NCBI RefSeq assembly: GCF_964204645.1
Contig: NC_134028.1
Location: 27,152,345-27,216,344 of the forward strand
DNA length: 64,000 nucleotides
Direction of reading: 5' to 3'
Source: Tubulanus polymorphus
Lineage: Eukaryota; Animalia; Nemertea
In this document: one piece after another, positions 12,816 through 23,427 of the stretch
Layout: each line of letters starts with the position of its first letter
Numbering within the stretch: position 1 is the stretch's first letter
The notes under the pieces: model-generated
The model's input: only the letters and a program-made list of their open reading frames with translations
Databases searched by the model: none
Told to the model about the DNA's origin: nothing
Position numbers and translations under genes: made by a program

Positions 12816-13516
12816 TGCCTCAGGTTGGGGCTAATTTTTGGCCCAGCGAGGTATTTGTAGTACGATGATCATCTGTTTGACTCGGGTTATTTTTTGGTCA
12901 ATAGATTCTATACTAACTCATATATTTTGAACACAAATATTCGCTTTATCCTTAGAAGCCACTTTATTTAAAAGATACTTCGCTCAATACAGTAGTTTAT
13001 TTCTGAATGAATGAAAGAGTTGGTGACATTATTCAATATATATATATATAAACCACAATATCTACTTTACGGTTGGTATGCAACAATTTCCACTCTTTTC
13101 CATAGGTGTCGCTTTAGATAAATGTCTATATCTCTTGACAAAATGGACCGATTACGATTGAACTTGATACACAGGAACTTTTATCAAGTAGCACTCGGGG
13201 TGGGTGAAATCGCTCTAGGTTGAAGTTACACTGTCCTAAAATGGCTCCAAACAACGTGAAATTGGTAGTTAGGCCTACTTCGAGTACGGGAAGAACACAG
13301 TTTGAAATCGGATCGTTGTAGGTTATCGTAAAGAAGATGAATCCGTAGGCACCTAATACGACGATTAACAGTACAAATATCGATATAGACACGCGGTTTT
13401 AGTCGAGACATTGATCGCCGGGTTTAAACATTCCTGGATATGACCATGTTTCACAATTAAATTCATCTTCTAAATGAGGACGACCATCGATCACGTGTCT
13501 AATCGCATCATAATGG

Positions 13517-14160
13517 GTACGGGGTGTCCCGCGTTCGAACCAAGTAATTATTGATACTGGTTCGGAGTGGTCTTGATACTGAATAGAGGATGTACAGGGG
13601 TATCCCGAGTTCGAACCCAGTAATTACTGATACTGATTCAGAGAGGTCCTGATGCTGATAAGATGATGTACAGGGTTGTACCCAGTAGTGGTCCAAGTTG
13701 TCCTGATGCTGGATAGAGGATGTACAGGGGTGTCCCGACCGTACGGTGCTGCCGCTATGCTCATCGTTAGCGGGATTTCCGTACACTAACTGAAGTCAAC
13801 TCTGGCAATCGTCGTGCTGTCCAGTTAAACTCCGTTACCCTTGCTTGCCAGAGTTGACTAACGTTAGTGTATGAAAATCCCGCTACCGATGAGCATAGAG
13901 GGAGCACCGTACGGTAAAATGTTGATATCTTAACAAAAGTAATTACTGATAACTGATTCAGAGTGGTCCTGAATATAGGATGTAGAGGGGCATCCCGGGT
14001 TCAAATCCGGTCTATTGGCACTGATTCTGATTGGTCCTGATGCTGAATGGAGGATGTACAGGGGTATCCCGGGTTCGAACTCAGTAATTACTGATACTGA
14101 TTCAGAGAGGTCCTGATGCTGATAAGATGATGTACAGGGGTGTCCCGGGTCCGAACCCAG
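13517..14160. repeat. Satellite of ~55-76-bp monomers carrying a B-box-like GGGTTCGAACCC palindrome, one array per unit
   Basis: Monomer GATGTACAGGGGTRTCCCGGGTTCGAACYCAGTAATTACTGATACTGATTCAGAGAGGTCCTGATGCTG; also ~24232-24885, ~35165-35890, ~45638-46362, ~56155-56810. Confidence 0.88.
13744..13909. mobile_element. 166-bp hairpin MITE flanked by TA, within the B-box satellite
   Basis: ~65-bp imperfect TIRs CGGTGCTGCCGCTATGCTCATCG.../...CGATGAGCATAGAGGGAGCACCG; copies 24463-24628, 35546-35711, 46020-46185, 56387-56552. Confidence 0.8.
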
Positions 14161-14177
14161 CACTATTCTAGGTTGTT

Positions 14178-14347
14178 GGGATCATTCATTTATTACGTAC
14201 GCAAAAAATTTGAAATTTTCAACCCCCCTCCCCCTCCCACTCTGTACGCAAAATCGGACATTTTCTCATATACATTAAGCATTACAGTACGCAATTGCAC
14301 TGACCCCCTCCCCTCCCCTAATGCGTACGTAATAAATGAATGACCCC
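14178..14347. mobile_element. ~170-bp MITE with GGG-ended TIRs (PIF/Harbinger-like), units 1, 2 and 5 only
   Basis: TIRs GGGATCATTCATTTATTACGTACGCA / TGCGTACGTAATAAATGAATGACCCC; copies 24903-25067 and 56827-56991; no clear TSD. Confidence 0.75.
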
Positions 14348-17300
14348 GTTTCTCGAAAAATGATAAAATAACGTAAACACGACTTACAGCAAAATTTATC
14401 TACATTTATTCCTCATTGTCATGTAATGCACCTGCCTTTTTAAGAATAGTAGTTGGACCATCGAATTGAAACCCTCGCATACCAGGGTAAAAAAGAATAA
14501 ATCCGTCGGTAGGATTTGGTTTATGATGCGGGTTTCAATCAGATTTAGATGCCGCAGTTTCGCACACTGAATAAGCGAGTGTCCAGTTTCACAGAGAAAG
14601 GATGAATCAATTTCAACTTGGATATATTTTTTTTCTTCAAAATAAAATGTTTGAACGCAATTGGTTCGTGAAACTGTACCCTAGGCTCAGTTTCTTCAAA
14701 AATATTCATTTATTGAGACGGTAAAGTCGAATTGAGTAAATTATTTCTATGTAACTGAACCCGTGGGATTTACGTGTGACGCACTGAGTGTGTGTGAAAC
14801 TGCTGGCGTCTGTAATCACAACTACTAAAACAACACAGAAAATTCATCTTTATTTCAAATAAAACAGAACAACAGTTCACACGAAATAATTATTATAGTC
14901 CCATAATAAAGAAAACCTGTCGATATTTCAACTTTATGGTTTCATTGATTGAGTGACTTGTCAAAACATGTCCATATTACATCATTATACAATATGTGTA
15001 TCATACAATTTTTTTTACAAAACCAGACCAATAAAACTGGGTCGTGGGGTACAAACAATTACAAACTAATGCAACCAGTTATCGCTGCTTTACAGCTACA
15101 TTTAATCTTCAATTTCAATTTTCACTAAAACTTTAACACCCACTATATAGCAATTTAATAGAAGTAAAAGAGACAACATTTTGGAGTCTCTGTAGAGACC
15201 ATCATCAAGTCTGAAGAATAACTAAAACAGGGAAAAACAAGTTAATTGGGAAAGTAAAGCGAGTGTTCAGTGCTAAGGTCGAGAGGTTTTGTTATTTTGT
15301 TCGTATAGGTTGTTCTAGTTATTTCTTCATTATACTTTTATCATTTTGATTCTGATTCTTGATAAATGAATTATGCTTTTTAATTTGCATATAGCAGGGT
15401 TTAAATTATATATTCTATGCCCGAGTCAGGCTATTATTCTATTAGCAAAAATGACACCACAGCTTTGAGAGACGAATCAGGGGATGACTCTATTGTTTTT
15501 ATGGATATGTGATACACAGTCTATCAAACCATCATAAACAGAACAACAGTAGGCTGCCCATGCCGGTCGGCACATATGAACAATATTCATTTGGCTTTAA
15601 ACTTAAAAATTGCAGATCTGAAATAAGTGGCAGCATATCAATCTCCAGGTAGATGGCTGGTTCCTGTCCCTGTCAAATGGCAAATTGGTCCCGATCCCCA
15701 CTTCGTCCTAGAATAGAGAAAACTTGCGTCAGCAAACATTACATTGAAAATGTTCGATTGAATTAACAGTCAAGTGGGAATTATTGTTTTCATGAAATAT
15801 TTCGGAAACTAGAATTTATCATTACCTTATAATTCTAGATAATTCAACACCATTATTTAATCTTTGGTCAATTTTCAAACTGTTCAATTGGACAAATTTC
15901 ATGCTGCAAAAAATCATCATACTATGAAAAAGTAACGTATTTATAGCAGTCTGAAATTGGGGCTAAATTCTATTAGAAAATCAATCATTTTCAAACTTGT
16001 GTTGAGCAGAATTAAGCAGCATCAGCTGCAGCAGCATCAGCCCGCACTTCTTTCCGGAGAATCACACATAAAAATTCTGTACAGAATAATTAAATGTTAG
16101 AATATTATGAAATTAGAGCACAGTGGAGTGATGAAAGACTCACCATTTCTAAACTCATATCAGATAAATTCAGTGCCATCTAGCAGGATTTCACTTCCAA
16201 CAGTCATAATGTCATGAAGTTAAGAGAACTGATGACTTTCTGAGAAAATAAATTCTTAAAACGATAGCAGCAGCTTCAGCAACTAGAGCTTCTTTACTCT
16301 TTGAAGGTGAATATTTTTATTTTCTCCAGTTCCAAAAAGTGTTGGGCGTATTGCATTCTGGAAAGAGAAAATTATGCCAGAAAATGGTTAATGAAATAGA
16401 TAGAAACTGCAACTTGTTTGTGTTCGATTGACAGAAAACCTACCAGGTTAATGAGTAGTTAATCACAATGTGTCGAGTATATGCAGATTTCTGAGAGGTT
16501 TGATGGTAGCTTTAGACTACATCCTCTAGTAAAACGTTGATACCTGCCAACATTGACCGATCAAAACATCATTTTCTGGACTTGATTTGAAGATCACCAC
16601 AAATTACTGCAATAAATCGATATAAAACTCACCGCTTCTGACTTGTTTGATTTGTGGAGCGCAATGTTAACTGCAAGTTCAGCTTTATTTTGGACCCTAG
16701 AATACAAAAGTTGTATAATTTTGATGATTCAAACTTTGACCAGAATAGAAGTGATTGAAAATTCGCCTTCACTGATTAATGTAGCTTCTAATCAGGAAAT
16801 GAGTTTATAAATGTACAGTCAAACAGAGACTAGAATCTGTAGAGATATTTACCGGTACTGTATTTGTTTTGAGGACTTAAAGCGATGTCCATCTTAAACA
16901 AATGTGAAGTGAATTCCCAATGTTTACTGTTCACAGATTCTATCAAGGGTTCCAGTTATTTCAGCTCCTAAATACAAATTTTAGAAATTTTCAGTGAAGC
17001 TGTTATGAAATAAGAGCAGTTTCACACCAAATTAAACTAAGCCGTGATCTTTGAGCGGTTGAATGCTGGAAACATGAACAGATCGAATAATTTATATAGA
17101 ACAGTTCTCTAAAAATAATGAATTTCCAAACAGGTTTTACCGGCTGCTGCTGCTGCCGCTGCTGGTGGCGCTGTTGCTGCATGGTGCTGGCACTGCAGGT
17201 ACTGCTAGTGCTGCTGTTACTGCTGCTGCTGCTGCGGTGTGTATCTCATCCTGTAACTGAGAGTAAAACAGTAATTTTTAGTTCAAAAATAATTCAAAAT

Positions 17301-17689
17301 ATCAACAGAGACTGTGAAGCATTCTGTGGAGAAATTCATTAACAGTTTTGTACTTACCTTTAAATGAGCCTGTTTAAATAGTAAATTCTATTGCATTCAT
17401 TTCATTCTGAAAAGAAAAAGAAACAATAATCAGTGACAATAGAGCAGAATGTAACATCTCAAATTATCAATCAATCAGACAGAAACAGTACAGGATTTCT
17501 GTGGATTAAACTGCTGTACTTATTTCATACTGATTGTACAGTTACAGATACATGTAACATTGTGTACAGATACAGAGTACAGATCACTGCATTACTTCAT
17601 CCTGTGATTGAACAGTGATTTAATGTTCTCTCATCTTCATTAGATTCCCATCCGTCGAACTAAAACATCAGAACATTTCAACTCATCTA

Positions 17690-18000
17690 ACCTCCCGACC
17701 CAACCCTCCCAGGCCCCATCCCTCCCGCCCTCCTTCCCTCCCATACCCCTTCAATCCCACCTCCCGACCCCTTCCCTCCCACCATCCCTCGCCCCTTCCC
17801 TCCCGCCCTCCCGGACCCCTTCCCTCCCGCCCTCCCAAACCCCTTCCCTCCCGCCCTCCCCGACCCCTTCCCTCCCACCCTCCCATACCCCTTCCCTCCC
17901 GGACCCCTTCCCTCCCGCCCTCCTGGACCCCTCCCTCAATGCCCTCCCACCTGGCCCTCCCTCAATGCCCTCCCACCTAGCCCTCCCTCAATGCCTCCTC
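17690..18000. repeat. C-rich low-complexity tract (CCCCTTCCCTCCCGCCCTCCC)n; second tract at 20675-20845
   Basis: Direct reading; GGGAGGGCGGGAGGG runs on the minus strand; length varies among units. Confidence 0.9.
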
Positions 18001-19221
18001 AACTCTCTTGTCTCCTCTTCACACACCACACATCTGTACAATAACTACAAAACGATTTGCCATTTTTCACGATCATATCAATTTCATTTATAAATCAAAA
18101 TCCTTAATCAATTGCATCATTGATGGGACTCACAGATACTTTCACTACACATTTTGGAGGCATTCAGATGACCTCAAATGATCATATGCCTGGGTTGGTC
18201 TTGAAAATCACATGGCTTCATTTTTACAGATGATTTCTTTATCAATTTCATCAAATTATTCCTATTATTTCTACTCCCTCTAATAAGTATTCACAATATA
18301 TCTCAGTTTCACGACAAGTTGCAGCAGTCGTCTGTAAACAGATTTCATTTCATCAATGATGCGAGTTTGAGTTGTAGAGGTTTCATCTACAAAACATCAA
18401 ACCAAACCCGAGGAACTTAATGTTGTAAGGGAGGGGGACGTATATGGAGGGTTCACCCGAACAAAGGAAATAAGCCCGAACCAAACCTTCACACTCACAA
18501 AATGTCGCGAGAAAGGCAAACACAAACCAAGGACAAGAATGATGGATGAGATCAAAACAATTAATGCTATTGATGTTGCTTCACCAATTCAACATGACGT
18601 CACTCAATGAAACCATTGTGGACTATTTCAATACTCTCTACTAGAGGTTTCATATAAGCAAGTAGTTTATGGAATCCTATTCATAAAAGTTATTAATCAA
18701 TGTTTTTAAACTGCTGATGCAAAATATATAGGTCATTAAATAATCTGTTTGATTGTCTTTTCAAGTTAACACTTAAACCCAGTGGAACGAACTCCAGCCA
18801 TTTTTCCTTCATTTGCCATTTTTCGTTTTTACTCTTTTCTCTGACTTTTAGCACTTGAGTCGAGGTAGGAATAGACCCCTGCCCGCCCTCTAAGCGTGCA
18901 GGACACTAAACCTTCGAATTGCTCTCGGACCCCACTCTTTATATCAGCATTTCATGCTGTTTTATTTTATTCACGCATTCGCTTTACATTTTTTCATATG
19001 GCTTTTCCTTATTTGTCGTCTCACTAAAATTCTCATCCATTCCGACTGGGATCAAGTTTAATCTTTTAGAGACAAACAGCAAAAGGTTGTGTTAGTTGCA
19101 CCAGCAGCAACACTGATACAGATGAATCTTTCATTAACTACGTCATTTGTTCCATTCTCAAATATTGAGTCATGAAGGCAACAGAAATAACTTTAAAAAA
19201 ATGTTAAATCTTTCATTTATG

Positions 19222-19400
19222 GCCTTGGTTTAGTGACCTAAGCGTCAAAGTTTGGTTCATAGCCCAGGTTTGGTGACCAAAGAGTCAAAGTTTGGTTCAT
19301 AGCCCAGGTTTGGTGACCAAAGAGTCAAAAGTTTGGTTCATAGCCCTGTTTTGGTGACCAAAGTGTCAAAGTTTGGTCTATGGTTCTGATTTGGTGACCA
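19222..19400. repeat. 40-bp minisatellite (AAAGTTTGGTTCATAGCCCAGGTTTGGTGACCAAAGAGTC)
   Basis: ~4.5 copies in units 1 and 4; ~6.5 copies in units 2, 3 and 5. Confidence 0.9.
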
Positions 19401-19995
19401 CGGAGGGTAAATATAGCTCATGAGCGTTGCATATGTTGAATAGGGGAATTGGACTAAACACTCATCACTAGAATAAAGTGAAGAATTATGTTCACACTGA
19501 ATGGGCTCAAAATCTTGTACTAATTGATAAAATCTGAAATAATTCTGACTAATTTTAGTCTATCGGAAAATGATGCATTGATCGAAGTCTAAAAGTTATA
19601 AACTGACAAATTGATCGAGCACTGATGATATTTTAAATAACAGCGGAGGATGAAATAACTTTCATAAACTGATATGATCGTGAAAAATGGCAAAATACAC
19701 TAGATACACCTCCCCCACGCTTTATCAGAGTCTCATTGTAGTAGGAAGATTGCCGTAGCCTAACTGTAAAAACTACAACTACATCTGGTTGAATATCATT
19801 TGTTTTTATGGCTTTTTAAATTCAGTAAAATATTTCCTAATATAAGTATAATTAGTTCGCAGCCCCTTAAATTCTGTCTAGGATAGAATTATAAGTCACA
19901 GGTAGAAATAGAATATTATCCTATTCTAAAATGAATATAACAATAGAACAATAGTCTACCCTCCGTGTCAATCTTTGTCCCACCTAAAAATTGTA

Positions 19996-20627
19996 CAGTT
20001 TATTTCAGAAAATGTGTCCCATCTTTTTGAAAAGGATAACTAATTATTAAGGATATCTATGAATAGTGATATACTGTGCCATGAAGGCAAATGAAGAAGT
20101 GTGTCAATAAAAGTGATTACAAAACATATCACTTATTCTAATGAGTTCTATACTCTTCTTCCAAAAATGAAGAGTAGGTCTCTGTCTAAGAATCTGCAGA
20201 AAAAAGAGGAGGCAGCAATGAATGTGACTGCATCTCGACTCTCGTCAACAATTCTAAGTCGTCCTATACAGTTCTTCATTTTAGAACCAGTATTTACAGC
20301 CGTTTCTAAAATAGCACAGAAGAAAATACATCTTTCAGCTGGAAATGTATCAGTAAACCCCAAATTCAGAAATCTGGGGGCAATTATCTCATAACGATTG
20401 AGAGAAGTGACAGTGAAATAACGTGCGCACTCACCGGGGATCAAACCCGGGTCTCATAGAAATAACAACCAGTAAAATAGAACGAGTCCAATTGGCCGAT
20501 GCTTATACAGCTTACTGTAACATGACAAGTTGCAGTCACACATGTTGCGGCCACATGACGTGTTTCATAATGATTAATCCTTTCTTAGAATAATAAAAAG
20601 ATGGGACACATTTTCTGAAATATCCTG
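19996..20627. mobile_element. ~630-bp non-autonomous Tc1/mariner-like TIR element
   Basis: TA-CAGTTTATTTCAGAAAATGTGTCCCATCTTTTT ... AAAAAGATGGGACACATTTTCTGAAATATCCTG (33-bp TIR, 2 mismatches; right TA absent); copies 30897-31530, 41371-42006, 51667-52533, 62919-63554. Confidence 0.78.
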
Positions 20628-21801
20628 AATTTCGAGACTAAAACTACGACTAAACCACCTGTACCTGTACCAAAACCCTCACCCTATATCCCTCCCTCCA
20701 AAGTCCTACCACCACCCCTACATCCCTCCCACCCTCCCTCACCCCTTCCCTCCCGGACCCTTTCCCTCCCGCCCTCCCTCACCCCTTCCCTCCCGCCCTC
20801 CCTCACCCCATACCTCCCCCAAACCTACCCGCCCTCCCTTAACCCTGTGGTTAGGTGAGATGAATGTTCTGATGTTTTAGTTAGACGGATGGGAATCTAA
20901 TGAAGATGAGAGAACATTAAATCACTGTTCAATCACAGGATGAAGTAATGCAGTGATCTGTATCTCAGTATCTGTACACAATGTTACATGTATCTGTAAC
21001 TGTACAATCAGTATGAAATAAGTACAGCAGTTTAATCTATAGAAATTCTAACTCTTAAGATACACATGATCTGATTGTCACGAAGGAACATGATTGATAA
21101 CAGTTGTATTATTGACATCAGGAACCAGTTTCATATTGATTAGAAATAACATTTGAGTTGACCACAATTTAGAAAACCTGTAAACCCGCACAGAAATAAC
21201 AATCCCAATCATGAACTGATTATAGTCAAATATTCACCAAAAGAAATTTGAAATGATTGAATAAATGCAACAGGTTTCTGAGATTTCATTTCAAAACATG
21301 GTTTATAACAAACAATATAAAATTGGTCCCTAAAAATCAATTCAACAACCGATAAATAAAGATTAATGTTACTTATCTTGAATTTCCACATAGGCTATAG
21401 TGATTCCTGATGTCATGCTGAATCCAAGAGTGATTCCCGATGTCCGGCGCGAAACCAAAAAAGTCTGATTGTGAAACACTGATTCCTTGTTGTCATGTGC
21501 TGAATCTAAGAGTGATTCTTGTTTTCCTGTGCTGAATCAAAATTCCTGTTGAACATGTTGAAGTGATACCTATAATAGACAAATCTAAGATTGTTTTCTT
21601 TCCTCAGCAATAACTGCAGAAATATCAAATCTAAAATTCAAACTTACAAATTAGATTGTTCACTCCAATCTGCAGTTCATTTATTCACGGGGTTTTTCTA
21701 TCCACAGTTTAGGTTTTGCATCTAGAGTTGAACATGAAATATAAACAAAAAGGTAATGAAAAAATGAACAGTTTAAATATTATCTGTTTCTGAAACCAAT
21801 G

Positions 21802-21831
<30 letters not shown>
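21802..21831. repeat. (ATC)n microsatellite, 10/12/14/12 repeats in units 1-4
   Basis: Direct count in unit 1 plus ORF length differences in the other units. Confidence 0.92.
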
Positions 21832-21832
<1 letters not shown>

Positions 21833-21911
21833 ATATCACAGTCGAATGGAGGCAAGTAGAGGCATCAATCCTCCCGCGGCAGGAACTCAAACCTCATGGC
21901 ATCCAGATTGC

Positions 21912-22110
21912 CACGGTACGAAACCCTGCCACACTAGACCGAGTGCGCAGCAGCTACACGCGCAGCTTAGATGATGTCATTAATAGCCAATCAGATATTA
22001 CGTTTCATTTTAGCCCAGGTTTTGCCATTTATAGTTCTTCAAGTTTTCGTGCGGCAAAGCTGCGCATGTACCTGCGCACCCGGTCTAGTGTGGCAGGGGT
22101 TCGTGCTGTG
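21912..22110. mobile_element. 199-bp MITE with CAC...GTG termini and a 2-bp GC target duplication (EnSpm/CACTA-like)
   Basis: ~45-bp TIRs CACGGTACGAAACCCTGCCACACTAGACCGAGTGCGCAG / CTGCGCACCCGGTCTAGTGTGGCAGGGGTTCGTGCTGTG, GC on both flanks; copies 32848-33046, 43327-43525, 53847-54045. Confidence 0.8.
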
Positions 22111-23427
22111 GCTGAGTGTAGCGAGCGATGTCATCAGGTTGGAATCCCTCCCATGGGAGGATGTTGGTTGGTGTCCGACACGTTTGGACTGTGTGTGGTG
22201 GTGATTAGGCCTAATATCGGTTTAGCGACGGATGAAATAAACTTACACTGTTTTCACTATTTGATGTAATCAGTCGATGGAATCATTTTAGAACAAATTC
22301 ATCACAAAACAGCGAGGTGAAGCCCATCGTGGTCTAGATATATCGGGATGGAATGACGTCGATATGCTCGACTGAGCGCCACCAGTCCACAAGTGCACCG
22401 TTTGTAGGATGTACCTCTGAAATAATTTGATTTCCCACAATATCTGAGATGGAATATTTTTCGCCATTTAAACCAATGTTACAAACACTTACCAAATATT
22501 GAAATACTGATTTCAGGGGCCGGGAAGGAGGGTGGCAATGTTTAGGTGAGGTTTTTGCTAAATTTCGTGTTATGGTAAAGCACGCCATTTTGATATTGCG
22601 TCATAGTGTACCTCAGATTGGGATTCCCGCCGCTAGACTGGTCACCGCCACCTGCATTCGCAAGTAGAAATGGCAACCAGTCTATTGCAGGTCTCGGCTT
22701 CTTTTCGATTATATTGGATTTTTATATTCTACGCATCAAAGAATTTATTCTAATGAAACCCACGCTCTTGGATCAAAGGCCCGTGGATTACTACTTTAGT
22801 TCACAGAAATTCCGCTATCGTTATTCATAGGGGCAGCACTGAACGGTTGTTATCTGATGCAGTCTTGCTATTTTACTGTGGCATGTGAGGAATACAGATT
22901 TTTCTTAAGTCAAATTTCATTCATCACTCAACACTAGTTTGTTAGAAATTAATAACTCTACCAACATTAGAGCTTTATATAAGGAGAGTAAATGGTATGA
23001 TAGAATTTCCCTAATTCCGATCATTGGGACCAACAAAATTCATCCGTTTTACGGCAAATCCGGATTAAAAGTCATTTTCGTGTATATTAATGATTAAATT
23101 GACTGTAAATATTATCCGGAGTAGACCAAAATTCGGATTAAGCCGATGCGGATTAAACGATTTAGTTTGACTGTATTAGCCGATAGAATCAGTCTTGGAA
23201 TACAGAAAGACGTTCACGATTGAGTTATGTACAAATACCGATATGAGAAAAGCTTAGATTCACCTCCTTAGCCATCACCCATGGAAATGGCCCCAGGGCA
23301 CTAAAAAGGCAATTACCAAGAAACAAACACTGACGCGAGTGTTGGCCTGTTTGATAAACGCAGTAACCCTAGTGTTGGCCTTGTACCACACTGACCACAC
23401 GTATTCACAAACTTAGTCAGCCACCAG

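Larger units (their letters stand above)
17492..21049. repeat. ~200-bp inverted repeat pair (17492-17692 / 20849-21049) enclosing ~3.15 kb, in every unit
   Basis: GATTAAACTGCTGTACTTATTTCATACTGATTGTACAG...CATCTAACC is the near-exact reverse complement of GGTTAGGTGAG...CTGTACAATCAGTATGAAATAAGTACAGCAGTTTAATC. Confidence 0.92.
15400..22588 (-). pseudogene. Multi-exon gene relic with premature stops (possibly a decayed EnSpm/CACTA accessory gene), unit 1
   Basis: Regularly spaced minus-strand splice signals give exon-like blocks 22493-22588, 22247-22333, 21648-21721, 17358-17406, 17141-17250, 16853-16967, 16633-16696, 16444-16606, 16144-16357, 15826-15903 and an acceptor at 15708; coding-like fragments (FKSSKQIQYRVQNKAELAVNIALHKSNKSEA; GSLLLFCL*WFDRLCITYP*KQ) but no continuous ORF. 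Confidence 0.5.
12147..22885. repeat. Macrosatellite unit 1 (10,739 bp)
   Basis: Starts TGAGGAATACAGATTTTTC; the same sequence and ORF set recur at 22886, 33814, 44301 and 54821; sequence left of 12147 does not recur. Confidence 0.96.

Noticed and set aside
13517-14160. CRISPR-like repeat-spacer appearance
   Set aside because: Intervening sequences are homologous to each other, there are no cas genes and the context is eukaryotic; it is a satellite.
17118-17342. Cys/Leu-rich signal-peptide- or toxin-like ORF
   Set aside because: Antisense reading of a (CAG/GCA)n-rich exon-like block; it crosses minus-strand splice sites.
17683-17939. Gly/Arg-rich RGG-like ORFs
   Set aside because: Open in all three frames because of low-complexity C-rich DNA; length and frame differ among units.
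20101-20444. Overlapping ~97-aa ORFs in the Tc1-like element as a transposase
   Set aside because: No DDE/D or HTH motif recognisable; frameshifted in units 2, 3 and 5.
20425-20456. Splice donor at ACTCAC ~20430
   Set aside because: Better explained as a tRNA 3'-half-like fragment on the minus strand (GAGACCCGGGTTTGATCCCCGGTGAGTGC) inside the Tc1-like element.
21799-22269. 156-160-aa plus-strand ORF with a poly-Ile start, in each complete unit
   Set aside because: Made of an (ATC)n microsatellite plus a MITE; recurrence reflects recent duplication, and no protein motif is recognisable.
15400-22600. snoRNA host gene or hammerhead ribozymes within the unit
   Set aside because: No properly spaced C/D box pairs with terminal stems, and no CUGANGA...GAAA core with flanking helices, found by eye; cmscan against Rfam would be needed to exclude them formally.
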